A stretch of 63,164 nt of DNA, filler included, from Octopus bimaculoides (taxonomy: Eukaryota), in NCBI RefSeq assembly GCF_001194135.2. It is 5 parts of 4 records of this genome, joined end to end, with 100 filler letters (N's around TTAATTAATTAA, not from the genome) between each part and the next. Parts side by side here need not be neighbours in the genome. Positions count along the whole stretch, not along the records: positions 52,019 to 60,650 come from NC_068994.1; positions 60,751 to 63,164 come from NC_068993.1; 3 more parts are not named here. One strand, given 5' to 3'. Under the pieces are notes generated by a model. The model was not told where the DNA came from. It did not search any database and saw nothing but the letters and a program-made list of their open reading frames with translations. Shown here in pieces: positions 52,334 to 63,164 of this stretch. The translations under genes were made by a program, and so were the position numbers. The number at the start of each line of letters is the position of its first letter. Within the stretch, counting starts at the first letter, position 1.

Positions 52334-52349
52334 GTTATTATTACTACTA
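52277..52349. repeat. (ATT)n microsatellite
   Basis: Read directly. Confidence 0.97.
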
Positions 52350-53048
52350 TCTCGGTATTTTGGTAAATAAAATACTGAGATAAGTTGTAAAGAAATTCCC
52401 TTGTGTTCATTTTATGAATATGAAACTAGTCTTGTTGTGCAAATAGGCTCTGTGAGCTTTCTCTACAGAACAAACTAAGAACAACTCAATTAGTTTCACC
52501 TGGTTGTTAGTAACTCATCAAGAGTGTTTATTTCACCTCATCTAGAGAGGGAGAGAGAGAGAAAATGAGAGAGGAGAGAGAGACAGAAAATGAGAGAGGA
52601 GAGAGAGAAAATGAGAGAGGAGAGACAGAAAGGTGTATGAATAACCTACACTGCTTTTACTCATTTGCATATCAGTACATTGGTTGAAAACACACAATAA
52701 TTAGATTTAGAGCTGTGACAAGTATGTCTCTGCATAATTTGTAAATAAAACTGTGTGTACATTTTATAAAGATGCATTTAGCCCTGCAGTGTAAATAAGT
52801 CCTGGGCTATACAACATAACTATCTTTGAATTAATTATTAAATTGTCAAGAATATGGAAGTGTTTAATAAAATAACTAAATTTTGTTTGGAATATTACTT
52901 CACAAAAGGTTTTTTTTTACACTGAATTATCATAAAACTAATAAAATTATAATGTATATTCAATATAAACATAGACATGTTAAAACAGACAGTTTTATAT
53001 CACAGAACCAGGAGACAGTCCAAGTCAGACTACTACCAAACTGGTTAA

Positions 53049-53268
53049 CCCTTTACCATTCAGATTACTCCAACAAATGTTCTGCTTATTTATTCACACT
53101 GTTTTGAATTAATCATGCATTATCTTGTAGCTTTGAGAATTTGATGATGTGATTGCTTATTCTGAGGATGTCATTGTAGGGTAAGTATGAGAGGCTGGAT
53201 CTGGATGGTTTGAACATAAAACAGGTAGAATATTTGGGCCAGATGTGGCCAATTTAAATGCTAAAGGA
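53049..53268. mobile_element. piggyBac-type MITE (220 bp)
   Basis: TTAA|ccctttaccatt...aaatgctaaagga|TTAA: TTAA duplication at 53045-53048 and 53269-53272 with CCCTTTA-type inverted ends. Confidence 0.75.
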
Positions 53269-54966
53269 TTAATGATCTTCACTCTGTAACATATGTCTAA
53301 GATCAAGTCTTATGAGGTCTGACTGAATTTCTTCTTCCTAGGTTTTCCAAGGATTACTTCTGTCACAAGTACACTCATCTCAAAGGACCTTTTCACCCAT
53401 CAATCCACCACCACCAAGAATTATTCATTTCCACTACACAGCCATATCCATGTGTAGTCATACCTCCTTTATATACTAAACAATAAACTTGGTCAATAAT
53501 AACTTTCTCTTCTACTTTTTATTGCAGAGTTGCACATACAGCATATCCACTGGTATACACATGTATATATGTATACACACAGAGACCTAGTGGCTTTTAT
53601 ATATATAACACATCCAGTGGGCTATACATGTATACATATATAGCACATCTTGTGATCTATATCTGTACACATATGTGGCACATCTACTGGTTTATACATG
53701 TACTCATATATAGCGCATTGAAGGAATCATATATATGCATAAATTTCATATCGAATGGATAACATACATATGCACATATAATACATCTAGTCAATAGTGG
53801 AGCTGGGGTGTCCACCCCAGATGATGCTTTTATGCAGGTGGCACTTCTGGATTTGCTATATAAGCCTGTATAGGTGTGGGGGACTAGGGATTGGGCATCA
53901 AACTCAAGGGCTGCCCTGGTTAGCACACAATCTACGTATGCCACTGCATGCATGCATAGATAGACAGATAGATAGACAGATAGATGGATAAACAGACAGA
54001 CAGACAGACAGACAGATAAACACATACACATATAGCTAATGCGCCTATGATGTAAGTATTTATGTATGCATGTATGCATATATAAACACATATACATATA
54101 TATGTATGCATACATAAATACATACATATTTATGTATTCATAGAAAACAAGCAAAAGAAACTGATGCAGATTCTCCAAGTCCAATCCATTAGTGGCACAG
54201 TGAAGATTTGTAAGACATTCCAAACATTCTCCATGTGAGATTCTTATGTGAATAGATGCACACACTTGGGTGTATGCATCGACAGTGCAACCAACACACC
54301 AACTCAACCACATATTTACAAACACCAGGAACTCTCATAACTCAAAAGGTTTTGTCGCTATGTTAGCAACATGCTTGAAATCTCTCAAGAAGAGCTTAAA
54401 TTGAACTCAAAGAAAAATCATATGTATAGATATGTTTGTGTGTGTGTGTATGTATTTAATTTATACATGAGAGATAGACAGATAAATAGATAGAAAGATA
54501 GAAAGACAGACAGACAGACAGCTAGATAGATAGATAATCAGCTCATCTACCTATTCTCACACAAAGTCACAAAATGTATGTTTCTCTCCCTGTCTAACTT
54601 TCATGCTTAATGCCATGTTTTGAGCAAGATAAACATATCAGGTATGAATGGAAAACTCTTGACACAGAAAATATTTGAGGATGAATATTTCTATCACTCT
54701 TCTACCATCTGTAGATATACTTCCAGCCTGGGGCTAATTAGTTAAGCAGTTCTGAAGTGTCTTCTATCTAAGACAAGCATTGGTGTATGATGCCTGGTGT
54801 GTGCGAATGTAGCTGTGGTTATATATAGTTGTCATGGACGTATAAAAGCTCTCAGATTCCCCGAAATATAAATATGCTTGCATCAATGTATCCATGTATC
54901 TTTCTTTTTTTAATTGTTTTAGTCAAACAAATCAACCCCAATACTTATGTGTTTTTAAATCTGTTA

Positions 54967-55070
54967 CTTATTCTATCAACCTCTTTTGCCCAACTGCTAA
55001 GTTAGGGAATGTAAACAAACCAGCACCAATTATCAAGTGGTAGGAGACAAACAAAAACACAAAGGTGCAA
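54967..55070. mobile_element. SINE family C fragment, CpG-depleted
   Basis: Aligns to 49997-50070 with all 5 CpGs lost. Confidence 0.7.
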
Positions 55071-55113
55071 GCATATGCACACACACACACGCACACACAC
55101 ACACATGCACACA

Positions 55114-55159
<46 letters not shown>

Positions 55160-55194
55160 AACACACATCATCGTCATCATCATCATCATCATCA

Positions 55195-55430
55195 TCACCA
55201 TTATCATTATTGTTAAACATCTACTTTTCCATGGTTGCATGGGTCAGATAGAATTTGTTGAGGTGTATTTTTCTATGGTTGGAAGTCCTTTCTGTCACCA
55301 ACCCTCACATGTTTCCAAGTATGGTAATACATTTTCATGACCAGAAATGCTTTCACAAAATACTGGAAACAAAGGACATTGCTTGCATTATGGTAGCACT
55401 TGCTTATAACTATTATGCAATGTCACGGTA
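55195..55430. mobile_element. Interspersed repeat, paralog of 9840-10060
   Basis: Shared blocks listed under 9840-10060. Confidence 0.6.
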
Positions 55431-55468
55431 GGAGACAATAAAACACACATGTAAATATATATGTGTGC

Positions 55469-55520
<52 letters not shown>

Positions 55521-56705
55521 ACATATAAGTTAGAAACATAAATGCACAAACAAACGGAAAACAGACACAGAGGGTCAACAACGCCTCATCAGTTATCAGC
55601 CAGAGGGTCAAATGCAATTTCACACCTTACAATAATATTGATTCCTTTCTGGTGATGCCAGTAACAAGAAGCTATTGGGAAATGGGACCAAAACATAAAA
55701 GAACTAGAACGAAGAAACGAAAAATGGATAAACATGCAATACAGAAGTGGAAATATGAACATGAATGTGATTCAAGACAAGTGGATGGACAAGGGACAAG
55801 GACAGAATAAAATAAACAGAATACAGCCTTAGGGCCACACAGGGTCAAAAGCATGGATAATACTAAGAGGAAATCCTAAAGGATTAGAAACATGGACAAC
55901 AGACAGATATATATATAAAAAATTAACAGTATGAGATACAGAATCCAAGGCTCTGAATAGTTTTCAGAGCATTTAAAAAGAGATGGTCTTACAGCTGTTT
56001 CTGGGATATTTTGTATATCCCTTCAGCAGAGACAGTGCGAGAAAATGTTTAAGTAATAGTTATTATAGAGAAGATATGAAATACAGAATAAAGTGGAGGA
56101 ATGAAAACAGACGTGAGATATGTAAGGATATTGTATTTGCAGTTCCATTATTTAAGCAGAATGGTGTATATATAAGTTTCCTATATATGAAATTCAATTG
56201 GAGGTTATGTTAACCTCATGAAAGGATGGTTTTATCCAAGGATATACTGGTTCAATACCTACTAGTTTTGGGAGAATTAATTTCCTTAAAATAATAGGTG
56301 TATGTGTAATACATATAGTTTATATTCATATAAAACACAAAAAAGAAAATAGAGATTGGGAAGTTAATAATTGTATATTATTAACAGCAAATTAATCATC
56401 TTCACTTACAGCTGTTTCAATTAATACTCAGTAAATATTAAGTAAATATTAAATTTATATTCATATAAATTTATATTCACGGTGGAGCACCAGCATGACC
56501 GCAGCCACTTGGCTGAAACACATAAATAAATAAATATGACCTGAACATAATATCTTCAGAGCGGAAAAAAAATATACACTTGGATGTTTTATATGTGTTT
56601 ATGGATTCATTAGAGCTGATGGATATCCATTTTCTTTTCCTTCTTTTATATGAATATAAACTATATATATATGCATATATATTTATATATGTTTCTTTAT
56701 ATATA

Positions 56706-57953
56706 TTGGGTTGGCAACTAAGTTCCCACCGTTTTTTAAAATTTGAATTTTTTAAAAGGTTTAATAAAAAAAATAACAACTAATTAATCAATAATGTATT
56801 CCCCCTTGTTGTTTACAACTTCTTTCCAACGTTCAACAAGATTTTCAATACCTCATTGGTATAAATCACCCGATTTTGACTTGAAAAATTGATCTAATCA
56901 AGCTCTCAATTCTGCATCAGTATTGAATGAAACTCTGCGCGTAGCATTTGAAAGAGATCAAAAGAGGTGGAAATCCATTGGAGCCAAATCAGGAGAATAC
57001 AGTGAGTGTGGCAGCACTTCCCAGCTATGCATTTGAATGGCTTCCTTGGTCATATTGGCGATATGAGGGCGGGTGTTGTCATGCAGCAGAAGAACTCCAT
57101 GCTGCCGATTAGGTCTTTTCTCTTGAATAGCCGTATTGAATCGTTCCATCTGTTGAACATAGAGTTCCACATTGACCGTTTGGTTCCGTTCAAGCAATTC
57201 GTAATGGATAATCCCTTCCCAGTCCCACCATATGCACAACATCATTTTACGCAGATGAAGATCTTGTTTCATGCACGGTGTCACTTGTTTACTGGGGCTA
57301 AGCCATTCCTTACGCTGCTTCATATTGATGTACAGGCACCATTTTTTGTCGCCAGTAATGATTCAGTAAAGAAATCGTTTCTTGTGTCCATAAGTTGAGC
57401 AGTGACGAGCAAGTAAACCAGCGGAGATTGTGGTTCGTTGATTTTTGTTGTTGTTTTCACTTAAAGCATGCGGTACCCCATGCTCCATACTTCTGAACCT
57501 TTCCCATCGAGTGAAGATGCTTCTCTATAGCAGTGTGGGAGCATTCCATTTTCTCTGCCATTTCCTTTGTTGTTTGACGAGAATTTTCATGCAAAATTGG
57601 TTTAATCGCTCTTCATCGAACTCATTTTTGAACTTGGCATACCAATCACGAACAGTTCTTTCAGCTATGGCACCCTCTCCATACACAGCACAAATGTCGC
57701 GAGCAGTTTTTGTGGCCTTAGAACCTTGATTAAAAGCAAAAGGAAGGAAGTGTCGAAAATGCTCGTTTTTCTCAACTTGACATTCCATTTTAATGATCAG
57801 AAAATAAACAAAAATTAGCTAAAATTAACTAGAAAAAACAAAATAGATTCCAAAATGATTCAAAAATAGAATTCTCAGAAAAAATAGATTCCAAAATTTA
57901 AAAACGCAATAAATTCCAAAATTTAAAAAAACAGTGGGAACTTGCCAACCCAA
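56706..57953 (-). mobile_element. Full-length decayed mariner (DD34D), 1248 bp, both TIRs and TA flanks
   Basis: TA|ttgggttggcaactaagttcccaccgttttt...aaaaacagtgggaacttgccaacccaa|TA. Transposase from ATG 57788 (MECQVEKNEHFRH...); ITGDKKW; LLLHDNTRPH...YSPDLAPMDFHLF with 34 residues between D2 and D3; internal deletion and frameshifts. Confidence 0.95.
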
Positions 57954-58043
57954 TATATGTATGTAAAGGCAGTTCTCCAGCATGGCCACAGTCAAATGAC
58001 TGATGATGATGAATATGATATATATATATATATNNNNNNNNNN

Positions 58044-58186
58044 TCTCAGAAAAAATAGATTCCAAAATTTAAAAACGCAATAAATTCCAAAATTTAAAAA
58101 AACAGTGGGAACTTGCCAACCCAATATATGTATGTAAAGGCAGTTCTCCAGCATGGCCACAGTCAAATGACTGATGATGATGAATA

Positions 58187-58204
<18 letters not shown>
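58044..58204. repeat. Direct duplicate of 57873-58033 across a 10-N gap (includes a second copy of the mariner TIR); probable uncollapsed contig overlap
   Basis: The two stretches read identically by eye, offset 171 bp. Confidence 0.85.
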
Positions 58205-58238
<34 letters not shown>

Positions 58239-58255
58239 GTATGTATATACACAAA

Positions 58256-59498
58256 CAGGGTGTGATGGGTAAATAGTTGCCATTTTATACTTTTAATTTT
58301 ATGTATGTGCATTGTTTGTTTTTGATTTTATCAACTACACAGTATAGTAGGGCACCATCTGTGAGAAAAACAACTCCTTGACCCAATTCACTCAGCCAGA
58401 AATTTGGAAATGACATGCTGTACTGTGCGGCACTCACACCAGACGCTCCATTACAAACATTTCAGGGTGTTTGGGTATCAATCTGAGGTCAGTGGAGAGG
58501 ATTCGGAAAGAGTTGGATGAGTCTAATGGTGATTACGAAAGTACAGCAGCTCACTCTGATCGTTTTAATGAGAAAAGAACTCTTGAATTTGTTGGTGAGA
58601 TCCAGGTAATGATTGACAACAATCCCTCCAAGACAATCAGGTCCATCGCCAGGGACATGGAAGTGTATGAGTTTCTTATTAGGCAGGTAGTGCATGAAGA
58701 CATTCAGTATTCCTCGTACAAGATAAGAAAGGGCCAATTTTTATCCCAAACCACCAAGGACAAGAGGAAAGACTGCGCTATGAAGCTATTGAACAAACTC
58801 AAGCATCCCCTCCAATTGAACATGCTTTAGTTTTTCTCAGACGAGAAAAAATTCTGTCAGGATCAGGTGGTGAACCCGTTGACTTGCTGTGTCCCCAAAA
58901 CATGTACCAAGAGTGATAAGAATCAAACATCCAGTCAACATCATGATACTTGGAGTGATCCATTCGTCTTCCCACATGGCCACAGAATCAACACGGAGGC
59001 CTACATCATGTGCCTGCAGGAGATACTGCTGCCCTCGGTCAAGAGGATGGCTGCTGGAAGACCCTATGTCTAGCAACAGGACTCTGCACCATGCCACACA
59101 AGCAGGAGAACCCAGTCATGGCTGTCAGACAATTTCTGTGACCACATCACCCCTAACATCTGGCCACCTAATTCCCCAGACTACAACAACCCCATTGATT
59201 ATTACGTGTGGTGCACAGTTGAGCAAGAGACCAACAAAACGCCTTGTAACACCAAAGTTGAATTGAAGGCAAGGATGATGGCAGCATTTAGCAACAAGGA
59301 GATCGTCCAGAAGAGCTGCAGGAGATTTCAAAGTCGTATGGAACCTGTGGTTGAAGCCAATGGCAGTTTTATTGAATAAATTTACTCTCTAGTATTTCAA
59401 GATATTTTAATGTAATTTTGATAACTATATCTCTTAAAATAAAATGTTAGTGTTATTTTCCTTTTTGCGTAATTTAGACAACAATTTATTCACAGCAC

Positions 59499-59502
<4 letters not shown>
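58256..59502 (+). mobile_element. Decayed maT-type (DD37D-like) Tc1/mariner element with both TIRs
   Basis: TIRs cagggtgtgatgggtaaatagttgcc / gacaacaatttattcacagcaccctg; FFSDEKKF; QQDSAPCH...WPPNSPDYNNPIDYYVW gives 38 residues between D2 and D3, or 37 without one duplicated AAC codon; in-frame stops at 58828-58830 and 59071-59073. Confidence 0.9.
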
Positions 59503-59549
<47 letters not shown>

Positions 59550-59677
59550 NNNNNNNNNNNNNNNNNNNNNNNNNNNNNNNNNNNNNNNNNNNNNNNNNNN
59601 NNNNNNNNNNNNNNNNNNNNNNNNNNNNNNNNNNNNNNNNNNNNNNNNNNNNNNNNNNNNNNNAGTGTAAATGAAAT

Positions 59678-59916
59678 GGAGGCGCAATGGCCCAATGGTT
59701 AGGGCAGCGGACTTGCAGTCAGAGGATTGCAGTTTTGATTCCCAGACCGGGCGTTGTGTGTGTTTATTGAACGAAAACACCTAAACCTCCACGAGGCTCC
59801 GGCAGGGGGTGGTGGTGACCCCTGTTGTACTCTTTCACCCCAACTTTCTCTCACTCTTTCTTCCTGTTTCTTGAGTAATGCGATGGAGTGGTGTCCCGTC
59901 CAGCTGGGGGGAACAC
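59678..59916 (+). mobile_element. tRNA-derived SINE (family D)
   Basis: A-box tggcccaatggttagg, B-box-like gcagttttgattccc, then gatggagtggtgtcccgtccag; paralog at 22824-22979. Confidence 0.75.
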
Positions 59917-60632
59917 TTTCCAACAAAGATTGTGTGGAATGATGAGTTCACATTCAAATTAAATGGTTCAATTAACCGCTACAGTTGCACCTACTGGGGA
60001 CATGAGAATTTGTATGTTATGGGGGAACAACATCTTAATTTGCCAGGAATTACAGTGTGGTGTGGCTTATCATCAAGAGGATCAATTGGACCATTCTTTT
60101 TTGCTGCTACTGTGACTGGTCCTGTTTACTTGAACTTGCTGCAACAGTCTGTCATGTCAAGCATTAGAGAAGACTTTGAAGATGAGGAGTTTTATTTTCT
60201 GCAAGATTGGGCATCCCCACGCTACCATCATGGTGTGAGACACTTCCTTGATGAGATCTTGCCAAACAGGTGGATTGGAAGAAGGGGTTTTGTTGGACAC
60301 ACTCTACATTCACCAGACCTCACACCACTAAACTTTTTTTATGGAGATACCTAAAAGACATATCTGCACTATGAAACCTGCAACAGATCCTGATTTGAGA
60401 GCAGCCACTGAACGAGAATGCACACAAATACCAAACAAATTGTTTCGTGATGTTTGCAATTCCATTGCTTCGTGTTGTCAGTAGTGCCTGGACCAGAACG
60501 GATGTCAGTTTGAAAACAAGCATTGATAAAACAATAAAATAATGTCTGTAGATTCTATTAAATTTTGAAAATGAAATGTATTTTAATAAACACCTACTTT
60601 ACAATTATTTAAGCACTTTTGGGGACACCCTG
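59917..60632 (+). mobile_element. 5'-truncated DD41D (rosa-type) Tc1/mariner fragment with 3' TIR
   Basis: [17 protein letters not shown]...[16 protein letters not shown]...LQDWASPRY...RWIGRRG...SPDLTPLN: 41 residues from D2 to the third position (D changed to N); ends cacttttggggacaccctg|TA. Confidence 0.88.
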
Positions 60633-60650
60633 TAAATATATATATATATA

Positions 60651-60750
60651 NNNNNNNNNNNNNNNNNNNNNNNNNNNNNNNNNNNNNNNNNNNNTTAATT
60701 AATTAANNNNNNNNNNNNNNNNNNNNNNNNNNNNNNNNNNNNNNNNNNNN
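60651..60750. other. Artificial scaffold-join linker N44-TTAATTAATTAA-N44
   Basis: 12-mer at 60695-60706. Confidence 0.95.
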
Positions 60751-61346
60751 ATATATATATATATATATACATACATAAATACACATTTTACCTTACATAT
60801 TACAACACGCACATATATGTATATACACATACATTTGTGTGTGCATTTTGTGTGTGTGTATATGAGTGTGTATGTGTGTGTGCGTGTGTGTTGTAATATG
60901 TGAGATAAAATGTAAGTGAACGTCTAAGACGAGTGAAAGACGTACTCTAAAATAAAGACATAATACATTTATGCTTATTTGTGTGACTGTGTGTGTAACT
61001 GCGTGTGTGTCTGTATCTGTGTGTGCATACACATGTTTGTGTGTTTGGGTTTGTGTGTGTGTGTGTATTTATGTGTATTTATGTGTATGTGTGTGTATGC
61101 CTCTGTATGTGTGTGTATGCCTCTGTGTGTGTGTGTGTGTGTGATTTATATCCTACTGCACCCAATAATTTTCCAGGACAGCTTTACGAGATGGCAATTG
61201 AACGTTCACCTTTTCTTTTCCTCCCTCATTTCTCAGAAAAATACATCAGACAAATCTATTAGTGTTGTTGTCTTTATTATTTGTTTTTCCTGATTTTTTT
61301 TTCTTTTTTTTTTTTGGTCGTGATGTTGGGAATTTAAGTGGAATTG

Positions 61347-61379
<33 letters not shown>

Positions 61380-63164
61380 CACTAAAAATAACCACCAACC
61401 ACCAACCACTGAACTAATCAATCTTTCACTCAAATATTGGATCGATTATTCAGTAAATCAATCAATAGATTGGTATACAATTAGCATTTTTCGACTTTAC
61501 ATAGAAGCACCACGGGCAAATGTCTTCTAGTAGAATATTAAGTCTATCAAAACCACGTGTCGATACCATTCGGCGGATCGATGTCTATTCTGGAGTAATT
61601 GACGTACATTGTGTACGATTTAACATCAATACCTGGTTCTTGAATTCCTATATACTAGTTTTATTTTTTGCAAGCCTGTGAATTAGGTTTTAGGTTTGTG
61701 GCAAAGTTGTTAATAGTTTTTATCAATTCTTAAATCTCAGTTTTGTGTCTGTTACACATTTTATTGACTTTACGTGAATAAACTATGAGTAAGTTAAGGA
61801 CTCACTCCATGGAAACCCGGTAGCGGACCCAGCTCTTGCAATTATCAGATGCGCACTCTACTTATATGAAATATATGTTAAGATGCAGAAAATATTTACT
61901 AGTGTGTGATACGTGGGTTGTCACTATCACAGTTAATGTGGCAGCTCTAAAATATGAATGCAACAACGGTATTAGCATGAACTGCTCCAGGGATAAAGGA
62001 AACGTGCAAATTGATGGACCGAGTAATGAAAGTAATCGAGAGTTGAAACACATCTAATTAGGAAAGAAATTATCTGAGAATTTGCTGAAGTTTCGCGTTG
62101 TTTCAAGAAAGTGTACCAGTTTCTAATTTCATTTGTTTTGCCATAGGACACGTTCATATATTCAATAGGCTTACTAGAAATGGGATGGGATATAAGCAGG
62201 GTGTGATATGAAAATGAGGGGAAGGGCAATGATGTTACACAATCAATATTAAATATTTTAAATTTACACCAAGCAATTACATGATTAGAAAACTAAATAC
62301 CAAACAGATATAATTACAAAGAAGATAAGGTATAATTTAAAGAGAAAAGAGAAATGTTATAATATAATGAGAAAACGTAAGAGTCAATAAATGCGAAATG
62401 TTATGCAGCGCCATCTCTTAACATTAACAAAAGTATTCACACACTGAAATATAAGTATACTTATTGTTACGTTATTTCAAACGACAAACATTTTATGTGC
62501 ACATAACAATTTTGTGAGCAGTTTGCGTGTGAAATCGGTCCCACACACCTGATAATGAATAGAACGACACAGTTGATAATGAATATATATATGCGTTCAG
62601 ATCTGAACTGCCATCAAATTTAACCAGTTTCTACTTTCGTGTACACATCATGATACTCCATATGCCTTTTCCTGAAATTTTTAGAAACTATTTCACTACT
62701 GATACGGTTTTCAAAAAATATTTAGCCGTCCACTATTTGTTACGTACACTATTTTTTACGTAAACCAGCAGCTTTGCTCGCCTATTGTTTAATGCCGGAC
62801 AGAGGACAACTGCCTTCCCACCCGGCCACAAGGAGTCAGGTGGGCTCGACTCGACTGGTAACTTTATCCGACTTACACGTGACAAGAGCTGGCAGAGAAT
62901 GCTCTACATATCAATAAGTATATATTGTTTCGGAAGCTAAATGTTATGGGCGGTCATAGAGTATAGCAGTATAAGCCACTCCAGTATAGGGAATCGGTTA
63001 TACTGTTCAGCGCTTATAAGTGCGAAACTGATGGTCGCTCTATGACGGGCTATAACATTTAACTTTATGAATAATATATTGCGATTCTAATACTTTTGAA
63101 TCTGCTCCTTCTGAAATACGAACTACTGAGGATAATATATACATATGTATATATATATATATAT

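Noticed and set aside
53684-54325. 213-aa minus-strand ORF
   Set aside because: Largely built from (TA)/(TG)/(TCTG) repeats; no recognisable domain.
59678-59755. tRNA gene
   Set aside because: A/B boxes are present but the acceptor and T stems do not pair and the sequence continues into a SINE body with a paralog at 22824.
56706-60632. Active or domesticated transposase genes
   Set aside because: Each has stops, frameshifts, deletions or catalytic substitutions; the same applies to 30243-30996.

Overview
AT-rich, microsatellite-saturated, gapped eukaryotic DNA; the repeat families and a cephalopod-style protocadherin point to an Octopus assembly (inference). The supplied ORF track is almost entirely microsatellite or N-spanning noise and misses both host coding segments found by hand. 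(1) The N-terminal 117 codons of a minus-strand protocadherin (351->1, running off the window; signal peptide plus EC1), with a coherent model: CCAAT dyad 5975-5985, TATAAATA 5884-5891, predicted TSS ~5859, non-coding exon ending at an AG|GTGAGT donor (5786) and an acceptor at 417. (2) An orphan minus-strand terminal coding exon (17580->17315, 87 aa plus stop), probably the cytoplasmic tail of the preceding protocadherin; its ectodomain exon is not visible in the window. The rest is transposon debris: four decayed Tc1/mariner elements (two DD34D, one DD37D-like, one DD41D-like; three adjacent at 56.7-60.6 kb), Dong/R4-like and CR1-like LINE fragments, piggyBac-type and hAT-type MITEs, several SINE families and long simple repeats. 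Four artificial 100-bp linkers (N44-TTAATTAATTAA-N44) cut the window into five blocks, and CpG content switches sharply at three of them. Nothing here is demonstrably a new system. The best leads are the orphan tail exon with two competing acceptors, the CpG mosaic and inverted SINE pairs as possible ADAR substrates.
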